Shown one piece after another: positions 35,763-45,257 of a stretch of DNA of 64,000 nucleotides (within the stretch, counting starts at the first letter, position 1; every line of letters begins with the position of its first letter). The notes under the pieces were generated by a model. The model saw nothing but the letters and a program-made list of their open reading frames with translations. It was not told the origin of the DNA and did not search any database. Source of the stretch: a virus; IMG/VR virus record IMGVR_UViG_3300002835_000030, positions 32,001-96,000 of that record; one strand, given 5' to 3'. The position numbers and the translations under genes were made by a program.

Positions 35763-36458
35763 ATGAGAAAAATTAATAATATTAATGAACAAATAGGTAG
35801 AATGAAGTCCCTATTTACCGAAGAAAGAATGTTCGGTAATCTTGTGGAACAAGAAGAAAAAGAACTTGAGACTATTGAAATTATAGGAGATACCCCCAAA
35901 GTCAAACAAAATACTGATACACCAAAAGAAACTGAAACTGAAGAAGAAGTTAACTTAGATAAAAGAGGTTGTATAAAACACATAAAAGAAAAATTTAAAG
36001 AAGTTAATAGTTCTGGTGACGCACCAAAATGGAAACTTGATAATCCTAAAAGTGTTAAGACTATTGAATCGTGTTTAAAAACACATTATGAAACATTCCA
36101 AAAAGAGGGAATTTTTAAGGTGGGCGATGAGGCAGAAAAACTAATTGACTTATTGGAATTAAAAATAGAAAAACCTAAAGAGGTTGCGGATAAAGATATC
36201 ATTCAGATTAAAAATGATAAAGGTCGAGTTGTAATGTTGATTAAAAATGTTAAGGATAACCTATATAGATTTAGAGGTAACAAAGGTGAGGTTATATTTG
36301 ATAGTGCGAGGTCAGGTGGAGTAGGAAAGGTTAAATATTTCGATCCTCAGGTAGAAAGGTTTATAAGAAATCAGATGAGTTTGGGTAACAAAAAAATAAC
36401 TATCAACAAAGGAATGAACACTAAAGGACTCGATGTGGGGTCATTTACTGTAAATTAA
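35763..36458 (+). CDS. Hypothetical protein with NEQIGRMKSLF leader
   Basis: 231 aa; leader shared with the 39636 ORF; ATATTTAT at 35726-35733. Confidence 0.75.
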   Translation: MRKINNINEQIGRMKSLFTEERMFGNLVEQEEKELETIEIIGDTPKVKQNTDTPKETETEEEVNLDKRGCIKHIKEKFKEVNSSGDAPKWKLDNPKSVKTIESCLKTHYETFQKEGIFKVGDEAEKLIDLLELKIEKPKEVADKDIIQIKNDKGRVVMLIKNVKDNLYRFRGNKGEVIFDSARSGGVGKVKYFDPQVERFIRNQMSLGNKKITINKGMNTKGLDVGSFTVN

Positions 36459-36461
36459 TAT

Positions 36462-38801
36462 ATGAGTAAAAAAATTATCATATCAGAATCACAGTACAGA
36501 CGTGTCTTTTTAAATGAACAATCTTCTATTGATGATATTATAGTATATTTTAACGAAGATAAGGGTAATGTTATTGAACAAACCGCAAGACTTTATAGAT
36601 TGTGGGCAAATTCTACAAAGCGGTATTCTTACACATACGGTAAGAATAGTTCGTTTGATTTGGACGCTAGTAAAAAACCTGCGAATAGTGGGACATTTGA
36701 TAAGTCTTTTTCTATTGGTAAATCTCAGTTTGATAAAGATTGGTTAATAGTACCTAAAGAAAATGATTTCCTTTTATTCACTAAAGGCGGTAGAACAATA
36801 TATTCTGTTTTAACTAAAAAAGTTTTACCTAATGAGTTATCAGAACAAGATATTTTCTATCGTTTAGAGAGGGGTGAAGTTATAAAAGATGTTAAAACTA
36901 TATCAGAAATTAAAAATATTTATTCTTCTCCTTACACTAAGAAAGCAACTAATGTAGTGCAAAAAGAAAAAGAATCTGACGTAGAAAACAAATTAGTTTC
37001 TTTTAGAGATACTATAGATTATTTAGAATCACTTGGGTTAGGGGTAAATGGTTTAATCCCATATAAGAAAAATCAAACCTTTAATCAATCGGAAGATATC
37101 CCCTCTACGAACTATTTATTTGCAAAAACCGCGATTAATGGAATTAAGTATTTAACTGATTTAATTGCGGGCAAAGTAATAACAGGTAGTAAGGGTGCGA
37201 CAAGTATATGTGTTACAAAATTAGATAGTGGGTGTAAGAGTAGCAATCCATATGTCACATCAAGTACTTACAACATAAACTTATCTAGAATTTTATCCAG
37301 TTCACCCATAGAAACAATATATGGTAAATATCCCGCATCTTGGATAATGTATGATTATGGGTTTTATTTTAATTGGGAAAAAATTAAAAAAGATCTGGAA
37401 AGTACATTCCAAACAGATAAATACGCATATAAAAGTAGTTTATTTTCTGATGGGTGGTGGAATTATTTTACTCAAACATATGGTGTAGGATCTAAAGGTA
37501 GTTTCTCACAAATAAAATCGGCAATAAATAAAATATCTTATGATGATTTTGATAAGGTAAGTACTATTAATAAATATGATGATAATAAAAGTGTTTGGGG
37601 GTATTTAGGTGATTGTTTTAGTGATTATCACTGTGTTTTAGATATAGCATCAATAGCCACTTTGGCTATTCCCGGTGTTGGTTTAGCAATTAGTTCGGGA
37701 ATCGACTTTGTAAATGCAGCATCCTATGGTGTTGAAGCATATAATGCCGATACTGAAGAAGAAAGGGATGGGGCATTAATTGCTGGTACACTTACTTTGT
37801 TTGGTGGTTTATTAGGTGGTGGAGTTGGACAAACTAAGAGATTAGTGACTAGGGGTAACGCAAACCCTAATATTTATCAGTACGCTGATGAAGTTATGGA
37901 TAGGGTGAAAAAAGAAATTCCTGATGCTAAAAATCTAAAAGAACTTGACCCAACTAAAGGTAGTCTCATACAAAGAAACTTTAATGAAAAACAAATACCT
38001 GAAAATTTAACTAAAATCTATAAAGAAACTGCGGAAAAATATGGATTAAAAGAAAATGATATTTTAGTCGCACATGACATACTTAAAGATTTTAGTAAGA
38101 TTGATATTAATCTTGCGAAAAAATATACTGAAGCTTTGAACGCTTTAACCAAAAGGGTCGATAGAGCGAGTTTATTTAAATTCGCCAAGAGACCTGAGTT
38201 TCAAAAAATGTTAATAAATAATAATGGTGATGTTATTGTAACATTAAATAAGTATATGAAACTAGTTGCAAAAAAAGAAGCGATAATGGAGGGTACATTA
38301 TTCGTAGCATTAACAGTGGCAATGGAAGAACCAGAAGTACAACAATGGTTAGCAACAAAAATTATAGATTTAAAAGCAAAACTTAATCCTACAGTTAAAA
38401 ACATTGTCCAATCGGAAGGTTATGATTGGGAAACAGTTAAGGAAATTTTTAATTCTGATGGTAGTGTGGGAGATAACACATTATTAAACCAGGCATGGGA
38501 AAGAGGTTGGAGACCTTGGCCTAAAGGGGAAGAACCTAATGAGGAGAGTGTTTTTGAAAATGGTATATTATGGTTATTCAAAAACCCAAAATACCAAACA
38601 GAGACATTTAAAAATAATTTTAGTGGGTTTGGTATCGATAATGTGGTGAGAGAGGTTAAACCTGAAAAAGATGAAGATAGAAGAGAAGGTGTGATATATT
38701 ATGACACTAAAGAAGAATTAGAACTACGTAATAATATCGATGATATTATTACTGATGAAGAAATAGAAGCAACTGCGAAAATTTTAGATCAATATCTTTA
38801 A
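36462..38801 (+). CDS. Large hypothetical protein with ISESQY leader and central hydrophobic Gly/Ala-rich segment
   Basis: 779 aa; VLDIASIATLAIPGVGLAISSGIDFVNAASY...LIAGTLTLFGGLLGGG. Confidence 0.75.
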   Translation: MSKKIIISESQYRRVFLNEQSSIDDIIVYFNEDKGNVIEQTARLYRLWANSTKRYSYTYGKNSSFDLDASKKPANSGTFDKSFSIGKSQFDKDWLIVPKENDFLLFTKGGRTIYSVLTKKVLPNELSEQDIFYRLERGEVIKDVKTISEIKNIYSSPYTKKATNVVQKEKESDVENKLVSFRDTIDYLESLGLGVNGLIPYKKNQTFNQSEDIPSTNYLFAKTAINGIKYLTDLIAGKVITGSKGATSICVTKLDSGCKSSNPYVTSSTYNINLSRILSSSPIETIYGKYPASWIMYDYGFYFNWEKIKKDLESTFQTDKYAYKSSLFSDGWWNYFTQTYGVGSKGSFSQIKSAINKISYDDFDKVSTINKYDDNKSVWGYLGDCFSDYHCVLDIASIATLAIPGVGLAISSGIDFVNAASYGVEAYNADTEEERDGALIAGTLTLFGGLLGGGVGQTKRLVTRGNANPNIYQYADEVMDRVKKEIPDAKNLKELDPTKGSLIQRNFNEKQIPENLTKIYKETAEKYGLKENDILVAHDILKDFSKIDINLAKKYTEALNALTKRVDRASLFKFAKRPEFQKMLINNNGDVIVTLNKYMKLVAKKEAIMEGTLFVALTVAMEEPEVQQWLATKIIDLKAKLNPTVKNIVQSEGYDWETVKEIFNSDGSVGDNTLLNQAWERGWRPWPKGEEPNEESVFENGILWLFKNPKYQTETFKNNFSGFGIDNVVREVKPEKDEDRREGVIYYDTKEELELRNNIDDIITDEEIEATAKILDQYL

Positions 38802-38810
38802 CATTATATT

Positions 38811-38984
38811 ATGAACGAAAAAAGAGAGAGAATTTTAAAAATAAGAAAAAAAATACTAGATTATAATAGATTTATATTAGAGTATGGTTTTAATCCAGAA
38901 AGAGATATATTTATTAATGAAGACATAACATCTATTTTAGAAGAATTAGAAGAATTAGAAAAAGAAATTAATAATGAAGAATAA
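38811..38984 (+). CDS. Small hypothetical protein (57 aa, not in the ORF track)
   Basis: MNEKRERILKIRKKILDYNRFILEYGFNPERDIFINEDITSILEELEELEKEINNEE fills the gap between flanking ORFs. Confidence 0.55.
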   Translation: MNEKRERILKIRKKILDYNRFILEYGFNPERDIFINEDITSILEELEELEKEINNEE

Positions 38985-39597
38985 TTTATTAACAGAAATA
39001 AAACACATTAAACACCTTATGGGGTTAAATGAGGCGAATAATCAAGAATGTGAAAAACAACTTGAGGATGCAGGATATGTGGTATACAATAGGGTGGAAT
39101 TACAAAAAATGGATGCAGACTGTGAGGAAAGGCCTAAAATAAAATGTGTGAAAAAATGGTTAGATGACAATAACATAAAAAATTATTCAATAGGTAAACA
39201 TGCGGGAATATGTTATATAGTTGCACAAAGTGAAAACAAAATAACGCATACTGTTGGTACTAAATCTAAAGAGATATATAAAAAAACATATGCCTTTTGG
39301 GATAATGGGGATATTACATATGTCAGTACTTTTGATGTATTACAAAAATGGAATGAAGGTGAATCTGATGAAAAAACGTTATCACAAGTTCAATTTAAAG
39401 GTAAATATGTGTGTGGCGGATCAGATATTAATTTTGAAAATGTTACGTATCAGGGTGTCTATGAATTTGATAAATATGATGATTTAATAAAAAGTAATAC
39501 TATTGCTGGGAGTTTTATGACTAAAAAATCTGATGGAAATGATTACGTCAGATTGGTAAATTATCATGATACAATTGGTACACTTAACCCTTTTTAA
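38974..39597 (+). CDS. Hypothetical protein with LLTEIKHIKHLMGLNE leader
   Basis: 207 aa ORF; ATATTTAT at 38907-38914. Confidence 0.75.
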   Translation: MKNNLLTEIKHIKHLMGLNEANNQECEKQLEDAGYVVYNRVELQKMDADCEERPKIKCVKKWLDDNNIKNYSIGKHAGICYIVAQSENKITHTVGTKSKEIYKKTYAFWDNGDITYVSTFDVLQKWNEGESDEKTLSQVQFKGKYVCGGSDINFENVTYQGVYEFDKYDDLIKSNTIAGSFMTKKSDGNDYVRLVNYHDTIGTLNPF

Positions 39598-39635
39598 GTT
39601 AATTAAAATTATTATCTATTATACAATATTAAAAT

Positions 39636-41423
39636 ATGAAAAGAAAATACAATACATTAAACGAAGAAATGAACCGAATGAAATCACTATTCGGTGAATC
39701 TAGATTATATGGAAATCTTGAAGATAAAAAAGAAAATATAATTACTGAACAATATAGGTTTTTTAGTGATTTGACTTCATTATATAAAGTAACACTTAAG
39801 TCTTTTGCCGATTTAGGTAATTTTACGAAGTTTATAAATACAGAAATTAGAAATGTAGATGATATCATAAAACATTTAGACGAATTTGAGGCTTTATGGA
39901 GAGTGGTTTCACCAGACGTTGCAAACTGGCCTGGTGTAAAAAAGAATTTAATTAGACTTAAACAACTTAGTGATTCAGATAAATTGAAAGATATACCGGA
40001 GGATGTGTGGGTAAGTCAAGTTTTAAATGGATTTCCAGAAAAAGGTGGTATGAGAGACATAGTTAATGACATGTGGAGAATAGCGAATAATAAAAATCCT
40101 TATTTACCTCAAAAAGTCGAGAATAGAATCGTTACGACTGATCCTAATACAGGCACATTACTTATTGGCACTAAAAATGAGGGGGGTGGTATTGTTTATA
40201 AAAATGAGGAGGGTAAAGTTGTTATGGTTGAAAAAGATCCCGATATTAAAGTAGATGGTAGTCGTACTAATATAAAACCTGATATAGAAGATGTTGATTT
40301 TATTGAAGTTAAACCAGATACACCATTAGATGATTTAAATGGTAAAACTGTTGCGGCGTCTGAGGAAAATATTAAAAATGTGGTTGACGCTGTTGGTGAT
40401 AAGATTGCAGGTGAGACTAAAAATGGGAATAAAGTTGTATTTACTATTACAGGTGAAGGAGAAGAAGGTGTTAGGGCAGCACAAGAAATGATGGATAAAA
40501 TCACAAGCAATAAAGGTGGGGCTAGTACAGGTGATGAGGTATTAGAAGATATGACTCAGGAAGTTACAGAGAGAACAGGGGAAAATCCTGAAGTAGTTAA
40601 AAATAAACTTCAAGATAAACTTAAAAACTTTGCTTGGGGGACAAGATTTTGGTGGAACCCTACCACTTATGGGCCACCTGAGAAATGGTTGGCAGAAAAA
40701 TGGGGACAAAATCTGTCATGGAAACCAGATGCGAATAGCTGGATGAATCGTAGAACCGCTAAAGTTGTATTTAGGTTATTTCTTGTTGGTGGGACATATG
40801 AAATCGTAAAAACAGGCTTGGATCCCGATAGAGATTTTTACGCAGGTGGTAAGAATAATATATTAGTACACAGTTGGAATGATCTCACTAGATTAATTGG
40901 TATGGCGATAGACGGAATCAATAGTGGTGCGATTAAAGACATGACATTACAGATGGTGGAAGATGGATTAATGAATATTGGAGGTACTGATATTAAAATA
41001 GTTAAGCAAAATGTTTTAGATAAAGCAATGAATGAAATACAATATATAAATAGTAAAGAACTTGATGAAGATGGACAACGAAAAAGTATGATGACATGTA
41101 CTACACTTTCTAAAATGACAACGGATGATGAGGTTGTAAAATTTATCATTAAAAAACACGCAGATAAAGGAATCGCAGATGAGTTAGAAAGACTTAAAGG
41201 GGAATTGGGTGGAACAGGATCGGAGAAATATCGAGAGGCTCGTGATATGATGGAACAATATTTTGATACGATTTTGAAAACTAGTTTGGCGGATGATAAT
41301 TTAAAACAGGCAATCGGTGAAGCGCGAATGGCATGTGAAGAGGCGGCTAAAGAACAATCTGAAATCGATGATATGAGTACTGAAGAATATACTGTCACTA
41401 TCTATGGTGGAGGTGGTATTTAA
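39636..41423 (+). CDS. Large hypothetical protein with LNEEMNRMKSLF leader
   Basis: 595 aa; one moderately hydrophobic segment VVFRLFLVGG. Confidence 0.75.
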   Translation: MKRKYNTLNEEMNRMKSLFGESRLYGNLEDKKENIITEQYRFFSDLTSLYKVTLKSFADLGNFTKFINTEIRNVDDIIKHLDEFEALWRVVSPDVANWPGVKKNLIRLKQLSDSDKLKDIPEDVWVSQVLNGFPEKGGMRDIVNDMWRIANNKNPYLPQKVENRIVTTDPNTGTLLIGTKNEGGGIVYKNEEGKVVMVEKDPDIKVDGSRTNIKPDIEDVDFIEVKPDTPLDDLNGKTVAASEENIKNVVDAVGDKIAGETKNGNKVVFTITGEGEEGVRAAQEMMDKITSNKGGASTGDEVLEDMTQEVTERTGENPEVVKNKLQDKLKNFAWGTRFWWNPTTYGPPEKWLAEKWGQNLSWKPDANSWMNRRTAKVVFRLFLVGGTYEIVKTGLDPDRDFYAGGKNNILVHSWNDLTRLIGMAIDGINSGAIKDMTLQMVEDGLMNIGGTDIKIVKQNVLDKAMNEIQYINSKELDEDGQRKSMMTCTTLSKMTTDDEVVKFIIKKHADKGIADELERLKGELGGTGSEKYREARDMMEQYFDTILKTSLADDNLKQAIGEARMACEEAAKEQSEIDDMSTEEYTVTIYGGGGI

Positions 41424-41465
41424 TTTTATCCTTCATAAATAAAAAAGTTTTAATAATATAGTAAT

Positions 41466-42236
41466 ATGGAAAATAGTAGTTTTATGAATCCGAACTTTGT
41501 ACCAGATGAGTACAAAGTTCCTTATGACGTAATTGAGTTACCCTCGCAAGGGTTGTTATATAAAAATAAAAAATCATCAGTTACGGTGGAATATTTAACT
41601 GCATATGATGAGAATATATTAACATCCCCTAACTTATTAAACAGTGGTAAAGTTTTAGATGTTTTATTAGAAAGAAAAGTAAAAGATTTAGGGTTTAATA
41701 CTAAAGAATTAGTTAGTGGTGATAGAATGGCGATACTTTTATATTTAAGAACCACAGGATTAGGCAACGAATATGAACAGATGGTTTTTGATAGTACAGG
41801 CAATATGGTTCAAGCTACAATCGATTTAACAACTATTAAATCAAAAAATTTAACGGTTAAACCTGACGAAAAAAATGAATTTGATTTTGTTTTACCTGTC
41901 TCCAATAAAAAAATAAAGTTTAGATTATTAACACAAAAAGACGATGATGAGATAGACGAAATAGATAAAAAGTTATTGGAAAAAAATAATAATGTATCCA
42001 CAGTCAATTCACTTAGGTTAGAAAGATCTATAATGGAGGTAGATGGTGAAAGAGATAAAATGAAAATTTCTCACATCCTTAAAAATTTAAAAATAATGGA
42101 TGTTAGAAAATTTAATAAATATGTTTCAGATATAGAACCAGGGTTACATTTAAATGTAACCGCTAGGACCCAGGGGGGGGAGTCCGTAGACACCTTTCTT
42201 AGAATTGGAAGGTCTTTTTGGAATCCTGAAGTATGA
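41466..42236 (+). CDS. T4 gp26-like baseplate hub / tail assembly chaperone
   Basis: IELPSQG..Y, YLTA.DENIL, GDR.AIL..LR, F.LP.S...IKFRLLT..D, C-terminal SFWNP. Confidence 0.75.
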   Translation: MENSSFMNPNFVPDEYKVPYDVIELPSQGLLYKNKKSSVTVEYLTAYDENILTSPNLLNSGKVLDVLLERKVKDLGFNTKELVSGDRMAILLYLRTTGLGNEYEQMVFDSTGNMVQATIDLTTIKSKNLTVKPDEKNEFDFVLPVSNKKIKFRLLTQKDDDEIDEIDKKLLEKNNNVSTVNSLRLERSIMEVDGERDKMKISHILKNLKIMDVRKFNKYVSDIEPGLHLNVTARTQGGESVDTFLRIGRSFWNPEV

Positions 42237-42369
42237 TAACTACTATCAGAATCTACTTAACGAAAAATTATTCTTAGTAAAAAACGGATTTTCTTATCAA
42301 GATGTTATGATAATGCCTTCTCACGTAAGAAAGTATTACATTAAATATTTGTTCCCAAAGGAAGAATAA
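42217..42369 (+). CDS. Startless +1-frame ORF (gp51-like), probable frameshift extension of the 41466 gene
   Basis: FGILKYDNYYQNLLNEKLFLVKNGFSYQDVMIMPSHVRKYYIKYLFPKEE; frame open only from 42190, no ATG before 42307. Confidence 0.65.
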   Translation, partial: FGILKYDNYYQNLLNEKLFLVKNGFSYQDVMIMPSHVRKYYIKYLFPKEE

Positions 42370-42405
42370 TATATTTTAACGCATATTTATATAATAAATG
42401 TAGGT

Positions 42406-42879
42406 ATGGAAAATTCATTAAAAAAATATATTAATGTTATTAACGACATCAATTTAACTATTGAAACTCTTTGTGAACAATCTGATGAAAAAATAAAAAG
42501 TGATATCGGTGAGTTAAGGGGTGAGATTTCATATCTACGTAATTTATTTTATGAAAAACAAAATACTAGTATCGACTTTAAAAATATAACTATAAGGTTT
42601 TTAGGTGAATATGAATTAACATTACCTAAATACGGTGTGGAGTCTTTTGATAGAACATTAAAAGGTGAAATGTATTTTAAAGTTATTGGAGGTAATAATC
42701 AATATATAGATATAAAAACAAATAGTTTCCCTAATACCTTTAAAATTAGACTTCATTATAAAACCTTAGTAGAATATAACAAACAAAGAGGTGATGCGTT
42801 TTTAATATACCAAAGAGGGACACAATACTTAGAAGGTGAAGAAACTAAAATTAATTTTACTATAATTAAAAAATCATGA
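42406..42879 (+). CDS. Hypothetical protein
   Basis: 157 aa ORF; ATATTTAT at 42383-42390. Confidence 0.7.
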   Translation: MENSLKKYINVINDINLTIETLCEQSDEKIKSDIGELRGEISYLRNLFYEKQNTSIDFKNITIRFLGEYELTLPKYGVESFDRTLKGEMYFKVIGGNNQYIDIKTNSFPNTFKIRLHYKTLVEYNKQRGDAFLIYQRGTQYLEGEETKINFTIIKKS

Positions 42880-42998
42880 ATGTAATATTATTTTTAAAAG
42901 ATAGGTTAAAAAAAATTGAAGAACAATCTATAGAAATTGAGAAAAGGTTGAAGAAGGAGGAGTTATTAAAAAAAAATGATAAAAATAATAAAAAATAA
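42876..42998 (+). CDS. Small Lys/Glu-rich ORF (40 aa)
   Basis: ATGA overlap with the upstream stop; MNVILFLKDRLKKIEEQ... Confidence 0.4.
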   Translation: MNVILFLKDRLKKIEEQSIEIEKRLKKEELLKKNDKNNKK

Positions 42999-43009
42999 TA
43001 TTATGGAAT

Positions 43010-45064
43010 ATGGCTTGTGATCCTTCAGTTTTTGATCCCTCAAACACTAATTTTGGTGAACAAATTAGATGTTTAAGAGAAGAAGTCTCAGAATTAAGAA
43101 AAGAAATAGATAGGGCAGCAACTTCTACAGGAAATTTTTCTTCTAAATTAGGTAGTACTTACATCATTTTTACGGGCATGAAAGATGCGGTAAAAGAGTT
43201 GAAAAATAGTATGAATGAGTTTACCAAAAATACACAAGCACATTATGATTTATCGGAAAAAATTGCAGAAAGTTACAAAGAAGTAGGTTTGAGCATAGGG
43301 TTAGCAGTTGGTAGGTCTAGAGGATTCGCACAAGCATTTAAAGGTGGTGTCGCAGAAGTCGCTAGGTTTGGTGGTAGTATAGAGGATGTTAAGGGTATAT
43401 ATAGTGATTTTGCGGATTCTTCTGGAAGGGTTAGAATTTTAGGGAAAGACGAGGTTAAAGAAATATTTCGTTTAGGTGAAGCAGCAAATTTAGTGGGTAG
43501 TGAATCTGCATCCCTTTTTGAAACCTTTGATTTAATGGGTATTGGTTTTGAAAAGGCTGGTGATTATTTAGAAAATCTAATCATAGAGTCCCAAAGTATA
43601 GGTTTGAATTCATCTAAAGTTGCAAAAGTATTATCTCAAAATATAGATAGAATGCAAACATATTCATTCGCTAACGGTGTTAAGGGTATGACCCAAATGG
43701 CAAAACTAGCAGTTAAAATGAGAATGGATGTGTCAGATATGTTAGGTATGTCAGAAAAATTTTACGAACCTGAAGCGGCAATAGAGGCCGCGGCAAATCT
43801 ACAAATGTTAGGTGGTGATATCGCAAAGGCATTTGGGGATCCTTTTGAAACAATGTATTTGGCTAGAAATAAACCTGAAGAATTAGCAGAAAGAGTTAGT
43901 TCTATGGTTGAGAATATGATCACATTTAACGAAAAGACAGGAGAATATGAATTTCCCCCAGAAGCTAGAATGCAACTTAAAGCAGCTGGAGATCAATTAG
44001 GTATTAATGTCGATAAGATGATTGAGATGGCTAGACAGTCAGCAAAAATTGGTGACGTTAAAGATAAACTTAATATGTCGGGTTCAGCTTTTTCTGAAGA
44101 CGAGATGGATGCTATTGGTAGTATGGCTAGAATGAGTAAAGATGGAGGGTTTGTAGTTGACATATACGATGAAAATGGAGAAAAACAAACTAAAGCAATT
44201 GAAGACTTAACATCCGGAGATTTAAAAATGTTGGTTCAACCACCTAAAGACGAACAAGACTATATGACTAAAATGATTGATAATTCTATGACGACAAATA
44301 GATTATTAGCTTCAATAAACGACTCTTTTCAAAAACAATTCGTAGAAGGTGTTGACATATATCAGATGTATGAACAATCGTCTAAACAAACCCTTATTGC
44401 GACTAGAGATTTAGTTAAAAAAAGTATTGAAGGAGTTATAGACGAACAGAAGACAAGTTTAGTAGGTACACTTGGAACTATGACTGTAGATACGTTTGCG
44501 GCAATAGACGAAAAAATTGCGTCAGGTATAAGATCTATGGATGATATTTTTAGTCAAGACTTAGATATAGACTCTTCTGGGATAATAAATATTTCATCTC
44601 CTTCTACTAGTATAAACTTATCTGAAGGTGGTGGAGGTAGTTCATCATCATCTATTAATGCATCACAATTGGGGGCATGTAGTGCAAATGGTGGGAAATT
44701 TATTAATGGAAAATGTATAGGACCTGATGGCGCAGTGATTGAAATGGCGAAAGGTGGTATTGTGACTAAACCTGTAAACGCTCTTATTGGTGAGGGTGGA
44801 GAATCAGAGGTGGTTTTTCCTTTAAGTAAATTAGAAAATTTTATACAGACACAAAAAATGGGTGGTAAAGTTACTTTAGAAGGTAATCCTACTATAACAC
44901 TTAATATAAATTCTAATGGGTCAGATATTAGTTTCTCAGAACAAGATAAAATAAAAATGAAAGAATCTATAATTAGTGTTGTAACCAAAATGTTTAATAA
45001 TGGTGGGTTACCTGATGGTGCTAACATACCACAAGGTTCAAAAGGGTTTATCCAAACCATATAA
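43010..45064 (+). CDS. Tape measure-like protein
   Basis: Helical Ala/Met-rich body; C-terminal MAKGGIVTKPV.ALIGEGG..EVVFPL; sits between the chaperone and baseplate genes. Confidence 0.75.
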   Translation: MACDPSVFDPSNTNFGEQIRCLREEVSELRKEIDRAATSTGNFSSKLGSTYIIFTGMKDAVKELKNSMNEFTKNTQAHYDLSEKIAESYKEVGLSIGLAVGRSRGFAQAFKGGVAEVARFGGSIEDVKGIYSDFADSSGRVRILGKDEVKEIFRLGEAANLVGSESASLFETFDLMGIGFEKAGDYLENLIIESQSIGLNSSKVAKVLSQNIDRMQTYSFANGVKGMTQMAKLAVKMRMDVSDMLGMSEKFYEPEAAIEAAANLQMLGGDIAKAFGDPFETMYLARNKPEELAERVSSMVENMITFNEKTGEYEFPPEARMQLKAAGDQLGINVDKMIEMARQSAKIGDVKDKLNMSGSAFSEDEMDAIGSMARMSKDGGFVVDIYDENGEKQTKAIEDLTSGDLKMLVQPPKDEQDYMTKMIDNSMTTNRLLASINDSFQKQFVEGVDIYQMYEQSSKQTLIATRDLVKKSIEGVIDEQKTSLVGTLGTMTVDTFAAIDEKIASGIRSMDDIFSQDLDIDSSGIINISSPSTSINLSEGGGGSSSSSINASQLGACSANGGKFINGKCIGPDGAVIEMAKGGIVTKPVNALIGEGGESEVVFPLSKLENFIQTQKMGGKVTLEGNPTITLNINSNGSDISFSEQDKIKMKESIISVVTKMFNNGGLPDGANIPQGSKGFIQTI

Positions 45065-45097
45065 TAAAAAAATTTTTAATTTATTTTCATTTTACTA

Positions 45098-45126
45098 TTG
45101 ACTTTTCAATAAAAATTACCTATTAT
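45098..45126 (+). promoter_or_regulatory. sigma70-like promoter TTGACT-N17-TATTAT
   Basis: Same hexamers and spacing as the site at 56652-56680. Confidence 0.55.
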
Positions 45127-45257
45127 TACCAGGACTAGTATAAGCAATAATTTATACAAGTTTTCAAATAAATAATAATAAATCAAGTATAATAATTATT
45201 ATTTAATCTTCCTGAATTTTATTGATGTAATATTTATATAATAAGAAATAATTATAT

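Noticed and set aside
42173-42180. G8 run near the end of the chaperone gene as the frameshift site
   Set aside because: Both alternative frames hit TAG shortly after (42187-42189 and 42200-42202), so slippage there cannot reach the downstream domain
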